Below are positions 39,539 to 50,422 of a DNA stretch of 64,000 bases, piece by piece. The position numbers and the translations under genes were made by a program. The notes beneath the pieces were generated by a model, which saw only the letters and a program-made list of their open reading frames with translations, made no database searches and was not told the DNA's origin. Numbering within the stretch: the first letter of the stretch is position 1; each line of letters starts with the position of its first letter. The stretch is from Podarcis bocagei (taxonomy: Eukaryota): the NCBI GenBank assembly GCA_964188305.1, contig OZ076899.1. One strand, written 5' to 3'.

Positions 39539-40005
39539 TGTGGCGTTCGTACAGAGCCCCCGGTCGTTTCATGGACTATTGACCTGTACACCACTGCTTT
39601 ATTCTTCTGCTGCCACCAACCAGGTTTCTTCTGGTGAAATACTGAGTCTCAGTCAGGTTGTAAAATCAACAATGAAGATTAAAGTTTATTGAAGAACAAA
39701 TAAGTTTTTAAAATATTCAGAACGGTTTCTCAAATGCGCGCCCTTAACTAGATGTGGCACTATCTCACACTGTCACACTCTTCTCTCTCAGTTCTATCCC
39801 TGTCTCTCACTCTAGCTGTCACAACCGCTATGTTCATCTTAGTGGCTCTCTGTCTCTGACTCCTCTATCTCCCCATGGTAAAACCCCTGGGCTGAGCCTC
39901 AAAACCAGGTAGGCTCCACCTCTGAGCTTTCTCATGGGTCAATCTACATTAACCATTTCCATCCCCCTGTACAAACAAATTCACAAGGAATGGGCAAATG
40001 CCACA
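39539..40005 (-). mobile_element. Solo LTR (TG...CA, 5-bp TSD GTCTG)
   Basis: Termini tgtggcg...tgccaca; GTCTG at 39534-39538 and 40006-40010; homologous in reverse to 40083-40992. Confidence 0.75.
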
Positions 40006-40082
40006 GTCTGGAATTACTTGTCATTGAGAAACCCATGCTGGGTCTTAGGAATCACAGCATTCTTTTCTAAATGCTCACAAAC

Positions 40083-40992
40083 TGTGGCGTTTGCCTGTTC
40101 TTTTTAAAATGTCTGTAAAGGGGGAGAGAAAGAGTTAATAGGTAGACCAATAGAAAAGCCAGAGGCGGAGCCTACCTGTTCATAAAAGGGCTAAGCCCGA
40201 GGTTTGGGTTGGTTGGTTTTAGTTGGCTGGGAAAGGCAGTTGAGAAAGCAGTTGGCAGACAGTTGGAAATAGACAGTTAGTGCAGTTGGTTCTTGTGTGA
40301 GGGGAGGTAGAAGAGTTAGAGACAGGATAAAATAAGACTAAGAAGATAAAGAGTAACAACGTTTTGAATGCAGTTGAAGTTTATTTGTGTTTGCAATAAA
40401 CTACACCCTTCTTTGTTAACTTAAGAACCTGACTGAGACTTCTGTATTTTTCGCTCCATAAGAGGCACTTTTTTCTTCCTAAAAAGTAAGGGGAAATGTC
40501 TGTGCGTCTTATGGAGCGAACACGTGGTCCCTGGAGCCAAATTGCCCAGGGGTGAAAAGCAGATCATGCTTTTTTTTTTTTTTTTTGAAAGAGGAAAGTG
40601 GGTGTTGAAAGGAAGCAGCTGATCGGAAAGCGATCGGGGAGGGAGATAAGGGACGCTAGAGATAAAGGAGGCTGCTTGGGAGGGGGGAGGTAAAAGCCCA
40701 TGGATCCTCAGGATTTTTGCATTGGGTCACCCCAAATTCACCATCAGATCACATAGCATGTCCATGGCTACAGCCTGCACCACAAAAATCATACATCCAC
40801 TGTTTTGTTCAGAATTTTTGTTTTCTTGTTTTCCTCCTCTAAAAACTAGGTGCGTCTTATGGTCAGGTGCGTCTTATGGAGCGAAAAATACGGTAGGTGA
40901 TTTACCGGGGAGGACCTGGTTGGTGGCAGCGGATTAGTGGTGTATGGGTCAATAGTCCGTGAGATGACCGGGGGCTCTGTACAAACGCCACA
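40083..40992 (+). mobile_element. Solo LTR of the same family, interrupted by a pogo/Tigger-like MITE (about 40443-40893)
   Basis: tgtggcgtttg...caaacgccaca; CCAAT at about 40147, cataaaa at 40181, aataaa at about 40395. Decayed 5-bp TSD caaac/cagat. Confidence 0.75.
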
Positions 40993-41452
40993 CAGATTGA
41001 TTTGGGTGCTGGGCTGCTGCTGCACTACTTTTGGGAAAAGGGAGGTTTGAGAGGGTGGCATGAGGGCTGCTCTTTCTGTTGAGGGGGTGCTCCTGGTGGA
41101 ATCTGCCCCCTTATCCCCTGGGGTGGGGCTGTGGTGTTAGCTGGCATTTCCATCATGGAGGGGGGCCTGGGAAAGGGAGGGAGTTGGGAGGAGCTGTTTG
41201 CCCTCAGGGTCTTCCAGACACCCTCTGGGCTGAAAGGGAGAGAAAAAGAGAGGGACATTTCATTCATTCAGAAAATTACTTCTGTACTGCTTTGTCTCAC
41301 ACACACACACATATTCATTCATGGAAGCTGTTTCCAAAATTCCAAGCCATAGAAGGATTAAAGACAGGCATGCATTAACCCTTTGTGGAGGGCTGTGTCA
41401 TCCTCTTGTCATGAATATAATGCATGGGGATAAGTGAATGCTTACAAGAATA

Positions 41453-41809
41453 AAAGGTAAAGGTACCCCTGCCCGTACGGGCCAGTCGTGTCCGACTCTG
41501 GGGTTGCACGCCCATCTCGCTTAAGAGGCCGGGGGCCAGCGCTGTCCGAAGATACTTCCGGGTCACGTGGCCAGCGTGACAAGCTGCATCTGGCGAGCCA
41601 GCGCAGCACACGGAAACGCCGTTTACCTTCCTGCTAGTAAGCAGTCCCTATTTATCTACTTGCACCCGGGGGTGCTTTCGAACTGCTAGGTTGGCAGGTG
41701 CTGGGACCGAGCAACGGGAGCGCACCCCGCCGCGGGGATTCGAACCGCCGACCTGACGATCGGCAAGTCCTAGGTGCTGAGGTTTTACCCACAGCGCCAC
41801 CCGCGTCCC
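41453..41809 (-). mobile_element. Sauria SINE
   Basis: Family sequence; TSD gctt(a/g)caagaata. Confidence 0.9.
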
Positions 41810-43426
41810 GCTTGCAAGAATACAGAAGCACAAACACAGCTCCATATGCCAAGAAAGTGCTACAGAAAAATGGCAGTTGCTCTTTGAATTTTAAATCCCC
41901 TTAGGAAACAGCATCCTCTATAGGAAAAACAGAGTCAGTAGAAGGCTTGTCAACACCTCATCCATCAAACAGCAGGGGGCAAAGCAGAGACACACACCTA
42001 AAGGTATATACTGCCCTTAATCCACAGATCACAGGGTGTCGACGACATAAAAATGCAATATAAAAGCACAAATACATGACAAGAGTAAGAACAAAAAATA
42101 AACAAACCTATAACCCACCCCCATATAGTAACATTATTAATTAAAGCCTATAAACTCTCTTTTATGAATGAAAAACACTGTAAATGTTTGAATAAAATGT
42201 TATGTGCTGGCCAGATAAGGGGTATAACAGCATATGCTTGACCTTTCCAGCAAACTGTCAATGGGAAATACTAGACCTAACAAAAGACCTAAATAAAGCT
42301 ATCTACCCAAAAATATAGAACTATGTGAACAGACACTAATTGCAATAGCAAAGAGATATAATAATGTTGGCCCCAGAGGCGAAAGAGACACTTTGACTGG
42401 TCAGGGACTTGAACTAGTCAAGAAAGTTGTGATTCCCCACCGGCACTTTAAAAAAGTAAGGTCTTCCCATCTTCCTTTTGAGCAGCAGCAAAGATCTATC
42501 ACAAACTCAGGAGCGGAGAAAGAGTCAAATAAGCCTAATCAGGGTGATGATTTATCCCAAGAAAAGCAGAACCACCATAAAAAAATTAAGGTGTCTACTC
42601 AAACAATTTAAGTGACTCCCTACCAGAATAAGCCAATCCCCAAACAGCTGGCCCCAGACCAATTTGACTGGGTGGAACCAGCAGAAGAAGAATTGATATC
42701 CTCCTTCCTCAAACTCCCTGATGAAGAACAACACAGGATTATGGACAAATTAGACAAGCTACCATTTAAATTGAGACATTTATGGACATGTACCCAGCCC
42801 AATCTTGAAGGAACAGATTCAACAGAATCCCTTTGCAAAATCTGATTCTAAGATCACTGTTGAGGCAGAGGCCGAAAATATCCCTGCTAGACACAGAATA
42901 AATATCCTTGCTCTGGCAAAGAATTACTAGCCAACAGATATCTAGAACCACACGAACTGGGTAGCCCATTGGAATCAGCATAAGACACGCATTCTGAAGA
43001 GCATGAGAAGATGCAAACTGCCCAATTTCGCAATAGCAGCGTTTTTTGGGCACCACCAGTTGTGATAGATTAGATAGATAGATTAGAAGTAAAGCACACT
43101 GAGCATTCACGACATATCTTGTCATGGAACATGGCAGGGTGGATAAACGAATTTGTTGATCCTGAATTTATTACTTATATGCAATCATTTGATTTACTGT
43201 GCCTACAAGAAACTTGGCCAACAGATACCACCAGCATCCATTTACAAGGCTTTAAAATAGTGTCCTGCCCAGCAGTTAAAACAGGTAAATACGGATCTGG
43301 AAGTGGCGGTGTGGCTGTCCTCCTCTCTTGTGACACACAAAAATGGATATAAAGGAGCTGAAATGAACAAATAATGGTTATATCCGGACAGTATTAAATG
43401 AATTCATGTATCTGCTTAAATGTATA

Positions 43427-43663
43427 CAGTGGTACCTCAGGTTAAGAACTTTATTCGTTCTGGAGGTCTGTTCTTAACCTGAAACTGTTCTTAATCTGAG
43501 GTACCACTTTAGCTAATGGGGCCTCTCGCTGCTGCTGCCGCCGCGCAATTTCTGTTCTGATTCTGAAGCAAAGTTCTTAACCCGAGGTACTATTTCTGGG
43601 TTAGCGGAGTCTGTAACCTGAAGCGTCTATAACCTGAAGCGTCTGTAACCTGAGGTACCACTG
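43427..43663. mobile_element. Tc1/mariner MITE (CAGTGGTACCTC family)
   Basis: TIRs and TA TSD. Confidence 0.88.
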
Positions 43664-43680
43664 TATATCCCTCCTAAACA

Positions 43681-43853
43681 CAGTGCTTTTTTCTGGGGGT
43701 ACGCAGGGGTACGCATACCCCTAAACATTTTCTGAATCTTTATACTTTTGTCCATTTACTGCATTTATTTTTCCCGATTTGAACTATAAAATGGTGATTT
43801 TCTTGAGTCAAAATGAGAGTACCCCTAAACATTTTTTAAGAAAAAAATCACTG
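43681..43853. mobile_element. hAT-type MITE
   Basis: cagtgctttttt...aaaaaatcactg; 8-bp TSD cctaaaca/gctaaaca. Confidence 0.75.
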
Positions 43854-44204
43854 GCTAAACACATAAACCACGATGCAAAACAACTCTGGCAGGATCTAGA
43901 ACAAGCTCTACAATGTATTGAGGAAAAATTCCCAACAACAGAGGTATTGTTATGTGGGGATTTTAATGCGAGAATCGGGGGGGGGGGGATAATCTAATAA
44001 GTAAAGCTGTTGCCCTAAATGAGGACAATATTAACACCACAGACATATCCTCACAAAATAGGATTATCTATCAATTTGGGCAATATGCTTAAATATTCCA
44101 GAATGGGGGCAGTATGGTAGATTACATATTTGTGTCATATGCTGTTTATTCAAAAATCCAATTATTTTAAGTTGAAGATAGGGCAGATAGCGATCACCTT
44201 TCAT

Positions 44205-47200
44205 TGGTGGCCCAGGTAGGTCACTTAAAGAGTAGCAAAGCCCCCACTGTCATTCATCCAATGCAGGGAGTAAACTGTGGTCCTCTATTGGACACCAGAT
44301 GCTGCAGCAGGCTGTGCAGCCAAAACACCTCCCACAAGAAGAGGTCTGCTGTTTCTCTGGCCAATGGCAGGCCAGTGCAAGGGACAAAATGCACCATCTT
44401 GGTCAAGGTATCCACCATTACCAACATGGTAGTGGCCCCGGGATGGAGGCAGGTCCGTGATAAAGTCCAGTCTGCCAGAGCTGTTCAGGAATTGGTAGAG
44501 GTAGAATGTGTCCTGCCGGCTTGCCAGGACCATCTTTAGCCCAACGACAGACTGGGCAGGAGGCCACTATTGCTCCACCTTGACCCGAAGATGAGGCCAC
44601 CAAAAGTCCTTGGCCAGCAAATGAAGTTTTGAAGCGTCCGAAGTGCCCTGCCGGAAGATTGTCATGGCATAACGGCAGAAAAATTCCCCGTAGTGGACCA
44701 GGAGGGACATAATAACAGTCCCAAAAAAGAAGCACGTCCTGGTACAGAGTCCAATGGCAAGGAGTGTGTCCGGCCCATTCAGGCAATTCTTGCCGCTGGT
44801 GCTGCGAATAGGCATCCTGCTCATGCAGCTCCCACAGGAAGTCCCCAGGAACTTGGGCCAGAGCAAAGCTGGCAGGCGGCAAGGCCGTGGCTGTATGTGA
44901 CGTACCATCGGACTGCTCATACTCCGGCTTCCTAGACAGGGTATCAGCCTGCTGGTTCTGGCTGCGGGGAATATAGATGACATTGAAATTGAAGAACTGG
45001 GACCACTGGATCTGGCGTTGATTCAGCTTCTTGGCTAACTGGAGATGTTCTAGGTTCCAATGGTCTGTCCGATCTTCAACCAGATAACGGGCCCCCTCTA
45101 ACAAATGATGCCACATCTCAAAGGCCACTTCGACAGCCAATAGTTCCTCATCCCAAATGCCATAATTCTGATCTGCTGGTTGAAGTTTTTAGAAGTAGTA
45201 CCCACAGGGGTAGAACACCGAAGGCTGTGGGTCGGCCTGAAGTAGCGCTACCCCTACCGTAACATCCGAAGCATCGGTTTCCACCACAAACGGCAGTGTT
45301 GGGTCTGGTTGCCTAAGGATGGGTTCTGAAGCAAACACAGCCTTCAAGGCATCTAATGCCTCCTGAGCTGCACCATCCCAGACAAACACAGCCTTTTTCC
45401 GAAGGAGGACGGTCAGAGATGCTGTGACCTGAGTGAAGTGCAGGATGAACGAACAATAGTAGTTCGCAAATCCCAGTAGGTTCTGCACCTCCTTGGGGTT
45501 ATGGGGAGACTGCCAGGACAACATAGTCTCCACCTTGCCATCGGCTGAGATGCAATGGCCCAGGAAGTCGATGGTGGGCTTGTCAAACTTGCACTTCAAG
45601 AGGTTGGAGAACAGGCAATGCTCTTGTAATCTCTGCAGCAGGGTGTATACATGCTGCTCATGGTCAGTGGCTGAAGAGGAGTAGATCAGGATCTTGTCAA
45701 GGTAAACAAAGCGGTCAGGGAGGTCCTGGAACACATCATTCATGAAATGTTGGAAGACCAGGCACGTTGGTCAAGCTGAAGGGAATTACAGTGTACTCAA
45801 AGTGCCCATATCGTGTCCGAAATGCTGTCTTTCATCCATTACCCTCACAGATGTGCACCAGGTTATAGGCTCCCTGCAAGTCCAGCTTGGTGAATAGTGT
45901 GCCCCCCCCCCTGCAGCTGCTCCAAAATTTCAGCAATGAAGGGAAGTGAGTATCAATTATGGATGGTAACCTGGTTTAAACACCAGTTATCATTGCAAAG
46001 CCACAACTCCCCCAACTTACTCACAAAGCGTACAGAATCAGCAGCTGGTGAGGAAGAGGGTTATATAAAACATCTCTGCAGATTCTTGGTAATAATGAAC
46101 TCACGTAATGTGGCCCATTCAGGTTCCAACAAAGGGTAGATACAGGTTACTGGAATTTGAGCCCCAGGAATCAGGTTGATAGGACAGTTGTAGGGTCAAT
46201 GAAGTGGCAAGAGGGCTGCTTCTGTTTCACTGAACACATCAGCAAACTCGGCATACTTAGCAGGCAGGTCGGCAAGCCCATCCTTCTCCATTCCTGCTGC
46301 CAGGACTGCTAGTGCCAGACAGACATGGCTCATGCAGCCAGGGACACCAAAGCTGATTGTCCTCTGGGACCAACTGATGTGTGGATCATGGGCCTCCAAC
46401 CACTCCAGGCCCAACACAATGGGGAAATGGAGTGCAGAAGCCAAATAAAACTCTGCCTCCTCACTATGAGTCCCCACCTGCAGCTGCAGCTTGTCCACTG
46501 CCCAAGTCACCGGTCCCAAGGCCAAAAGCTGGCCATCAATTGTTTCCACCACAAGAGGTGACCGGGGATTCCCTGCCAGGTAGCAAAATCCATGGCCATG
46601 AAGTTGGCCATAGCCCCTGAATCGATCATGGCCCAGGTCTGCAGGGCTGGTCTCCCTCTCTGCGTCTCCTTTCATTGTCAACTGCCACCAAATGAGGGCG
46701 AATTCCCCCTATTTGCAGTGACTCCTCAGCAGGAGGCACTTCTGGAGCGGGTTGGGGCACGGCACCCCCTGGAGAAGGTGCCACCAGATGGGTCCTGTTG
46801 GCACTGTTGTAGGCATTGAGCAATCCTGAGACACAGGTGAATCAGGTTTTGCAGGCACTCTGTGTGGGCCAGTTTGTTTAGAACTGGGTCTGAAAGCCCT
46901 TCTTGAAACTGGTCCACTAGAGCTGCCTGATTCCAAGCCAATTCCTGTGCCAGCAGCTGAAATTCACTGGCATACTTCCCCACCAACTGATTTCTCTGTT
47001 TCAGCTTCCAGATCAGGCAGTTGGCAGTCTGAGTCCTGACGGGGTCCGTGTACATGCCCTGGAGTTGTTGCCTAAGGTGTCAAAATCGGCCAGCAATGGA
47101 CTCTCTTGTGGCAGCTTTCGGACAGCAGGCTGATGATGAACCCCACTTTATGCCCATATGTCGGAAAGTCCTCAGCCCGCAAACTGAGGACAACTGGAAC

Positions 47201-47255
47201 GGACCTCAAAAGGCTGGGAACTTTGCTGGACCCATCCAACTTTTCAGGGCCAGCA
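44205..47255 (-). mobile_element. Degenerate Ty3/Gypsy (sushi/PEG10-like clade) gag-pol internal region, no LTRs seen
   Basis: gag PEKLDG...KVGFIISLL and LKQ...YASEFQLLA...WN..AL.DQF.EGLS; protease MIDSGA; RT FVYLDKILIYS; RNase H VETDAS; integrase CHD...AGHFG...CPVC. Many stops and frameshifts. Confidence 0.92.
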
Positions 47256-47344
47256 TGGGAAAAGAGCCCCCCAGGGACAGTGTCCAGCCAGCAGCTGAGA
47301 AGGCCCCTTCCGTGAGCTCAGCCTCCTCTTCTCACACAGCTTAC

Positions 47345-47470
47345 CTGGATGACATGCCGGAGCCGAGCATCCCTCTGCTGCTTCGTTTTAAGAATCTCCA
47401 GGGCCCTGGCCTGCTGCAAGCTGCTTTTGAGGATGGCCTGCCGGAACTCCTCGCTTGCAGCCACACCAAA
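47345..47470 (-). CDS. ARHGEF11-like RhoGEF DH exon D (126 bp; FGVAASEEFRQAILKSSLQQARALEILKTKQQRDARLRHVIQ)
   Basis: 42 aa, aligning ungapped with recalled ARHGEF11 FDGPAREELQQVAAQFCSYQSIALELIKTKQRKESRFQLFMQ. ttccccccag| acceptor and CAG|gtaag donor, phase 0/0. Confidence 0.8.
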
Positions 47471-47551
47471 CTGGGGGGAAGGTAGGGGGCCTTGGAGAGG
47501 AAACACGCCTGGTGAGCATCAGGAAATCAAGGGCCCCAGTCCACTGGAGAC

Positions 47552-47628
47552 CCACAGGCAGCCCCTTCCCAGCTGCCGCCAGCCTCTCCCTTTCTCCTGC
47601 AGATCCCTCATCTTCCCCGACAGAGAAC
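47552..47628 (-). CDS. ARHGEF11-like RhoGEF DH exon C (about 77 bp; GSLSGKMRDLQEKGRGWRQLGRGCLW)
   Basis: ctcccag| acceptor, phase 1 start. Positionally equivalent to NSWCEAMKKLREEGPIIKEISDLMLAR. The donor (TGG|gtctcc) is weak, so the 3' boundary is uncertain. Confidence 0.55.
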
Positions 47629-48166
47629 CTGGGAGGGGAGGGAAGAAACACGGGAGGGGAGGTTGAGCAAGGCAATGGGAGTGGGGGAATAAAGAATAAC
47701 CCCAGCAGGGACAGGAGGGGGACGGAGATGGCCTGCTCTTTTTAAAATACCACTTTCTCAGTGGTGGAGAGACCAGGCGTCTCATTTATTTATGTCATTT
47801 ACACCCCACCTTACCCTACAAGGAACTTAAGAGGGTGTCCATGGATTCCCTCCTCAATTAATCCTCACAACAACCCTGTGAGGTAGGTTAGGCTCAGAGG
47901 CAGCAACTGGCTGCCCCCTCCATCCTCCCTGTCCAAGGCAGTGGACGCCTCTAAAGAATCCCCGTTCCTGGGCCTCCTGCCCTGCTGCTTGCGCCCCCCC
48001 CCCTGAAAAAGGCTGCAGTTGTGGCTGGGCCCCTTAGGCCTGATCCTGCTGCAGAGCTCTTTGGATGCTGTGCTTTTCTTTTAGTCCCTTCTCCCTCTGC
48101 CCCTGACCCACCCAGGAAGAAGCGGAGGCCTGGGCCAGCCACAGTCTGGAGGGGAAGCAGACTTAC

Positions 48167-48313
48167 CATGGATCTTAATCAGTTCTCTTAGGTCGGGGAA
48201 GAGGAGGGTCAGCTCCTCCTGCGAAAGGAGCTTTTCTGTATGGAGCTGCTGATAGAAGAGCACGGCCACAATACGAAGGGAGCTCAGGTGGGACGCCTCC
48301 ATCATAAACAGCT
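48167..48313 (-). CDS. ARHGEF11-like RhoGEF DH exon B (147 bp; ELFMMEASHLSSLRIVAVLFYQQLHTEKLLSQEELTLLFPDLRELIKIH)
   Basis: Aligns ungapped (49 aa, roughly half identical) to recalled ARHGEF11 ELFVTEASHLRTLRVLDLIFYQRMKKENLMPREELARLFPNLPELIEIH. cacag| acceptor and G|gtaagt donor. Confidence 0.85.
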
Positions 48314-49087
48314 CTGTGCAAAGAGGGCAGAAGGGGAAGAACATCAGGTAGAGGCCACATCCCAGCAGGGTCTGGAAGAGAGGCAGCTAAAGTGGACTGT
48401 TCTTTGAAAAAAGACTTGGGCTCTGCCTGGCAAGGAGAGATGGATCCTGCTCTCCTCCTGAACTGGGAGCAAAGCCCAAAGAGTGGCCATTGGTGGGGTG
48501 CCAAGGAGTTGGTCCTCCTGGCCCAAAGTGACCTCCATGCTGACTGGCAGGTGGCTGTCCAGCGCCTCAGGCAGGGGTCCCTCCTTCCCAGGCCTTCCTG
48601 GAGATGCCACTGCACTTGGGGCTCGTGCAGGCAAGGCAAGGGCTCCACCGCTGAGCTGTGGCCATTTGCCAGCCTGGACACCAGGAAGCACCCCATGGCT
48701 CTGGCGGTTTTAGGGCGGCGTGGCTGGTGTGGCTGCACTGGGCACCGCACTGCAGGGAGTGCCAAAACAGTGCTTTGGTACAGAGCACGAGAGGCGGCGG
48801 TGGGCCTTGTGGGTGGGAGTTGCACAGGGTGGCACTGGAATTTGAGAGCCCGAAGTCCACCACTGTCATTCTGGGTCTTGTTTGGAGAAAAATTATCTCC
48901 TGGCCATTTTTGAGAACTCAAAAGTTCCAGGCTACCCTTGGGAGGGAGAAGGACCCACTTCCCAGCTGATCTCCCAGGCACTCCCTCCCTCCCCATGCTT
49001 TACAAAATTGAAGATCCCCCCTGGACTCCCTTGCCTAATATTTATGAGGGAGACCTGAGGTAAGAGCCAGAGAAAGACCCTCCTCAC

Positions 49088-49249
49088 CATGAATGGCTTC
49101 CTGCCGGAGGACCTCCCTTGCCAAAAGAGAACCAGCGATGTTGCGGCCAGCCGTCTCTCCACAGGCTCCCCTCGTATTGAAAGACTTCCTCCAGCTCTGA
49201 GGGGAGGGAGGGGTCCGGCTTGGCTCTCCCATCTGAGACTCTGGCTGTT
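49088..49249 (-). CDS. ARHGEF11-like RhoGEF exon A (162 bp; ...SLLAREVLRQEAIH)
   Basis: ttttccacag| acceptor and G|gtgagg donor, phase 1/1, open. The C-terminus resembles the start of the ARHGEF11 DH domain (LTQREIDRQEVIN). Confidence 0.7.
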
Positions 49250-49284
49250 CTGTGGAAAAAGGGAGAAGCAAAGATCAGTTAGAC

Positions 49285-50422
49285 TGTAACAATAAAGTGA
49301 TGACTAAAATGCATAAGATATTATTGGAATGGGAAACAAAGGCTGAACAAGTGCAATCTTCAACAATATGTTGGGCAATAGATATTGGTCATAACATTGA
49401 AAAGGAGGCATGAGAATGATTGTGGAATATGGATATAAAATTTACAACTTGCTATGGTATAAGTGAAAATTATATGAAAAATGTTATATAGATGGTATTT
49501 AACACTTAGTAGACTGGCAAAAATGTATAAATCAAAAGCAAATAAGTGTTGGAAGTGTAAAGAGAAAGAAGGTTCATTTTTTTCACATGTGGTGGTCTTG
49601 TAATAAGGTCAAAGCTTACTGGCAAATGATATATAATAAATTGAAAAAATGTTTAAGGTAACATTTGTAAGAAAACCAGAAGCTTTTCTCTTGGGAATTA
49701 TAGGATCAGAACTACCTAAACAGTATAGAAATTTATTTACCGTATTTTTCGCTCTATAAGACGCACCAGACCACAAGACGCACCTAGTTTTTGGAGGAGG
49801 AAAACAAGAAAAAAAATATTCTGAATCTCAGAAGCCAGAACAGCAAGAGGGATTGCTGCGCAGTGAAAGCAGCAATCCCTCTTGCTGTTCTGGCTTCTGG
49901 GATAGCTGCGTAGCCTGCATTCGCTCCATAAGACGCACACACATTTCCCCTTACTTTTTAGGAGGGAAAAAGTGAGTCTTATAGAGCAAAAAATACGGTA
50001 TATATGCAGCTACAGCTGCAAGAATGGAAAGAAGTAGATGTCCCGATGAAAGAAGAATAGATAATAAAACTAATGGATGCAGAAATGGCAAAGCTTACCA
50101 GAAGAATAAGAAACTAAAGACTAAGAATAAGACACAAAACTTTTTATAATGGAATGGAAATGGTTTATTGAATATTTACAAATAAACTGTAAATGGATTA
50201 AAACGTTGGCGGGATTATTGCAAAAACCTGCAGTTTCAAAAATATATGTGAGAACAGATGATTAAAAGAATGAGTTAAGATAATTTGGAGTATGCAGAAA
50301 ATGTGAAAATAAATATAAGGAACCACAGAAAGAGCAGGAAGGAAGTCAAGGTTCGAAATGTTAGAATTATAGTTGAACTATTGTTGTAATATAAATTAAA
50401 ATTATTAAAAAAAATTAAAAAA
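49285..50422 (+). mobile_element. L1 LINE 3' fragment interrupted by a MITE
   Basis: [10 protein letters not shown]...HMWWSC ORF2 C-terminal remnant; A-rich tail. Confidence 0.8.
49740..49998 (-). mobile_element. 259-bp pogo/Tigger-like MITE
   Basis: TA|ccgtatttttcgctctataagac...gtcttatagagcaaaaaatacgg|TA; internal hairpin. Confidence 0.88.

Larger units (their letters stand above)
42150..44205 (+). mobile_element. 5' part of a degenerate APE-type LINE (endonuclease domain), truncated at the Gypsy junction; left boundary approximate
   Basis: SWNMAGW, LCLQETW, GVAVLL, NVYIPP (split by a MITE), LLCGDFNAR, VDYIFV and SDH endonuclease motifs. Confidence 0.75.

Noticed and set aside
44205-47255. 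Domesticated PEG10/RTL-like gene
   Set aside because: Many stops and frameshifts, and YLDD is mutated to YLDK; this is a decayed retrotransposon.
48175-48996. 273-aa minus-strand ORF
   Set aside because: Mostly intron of the RhoGEF-like unit; the homologous exon B is in a different frame.
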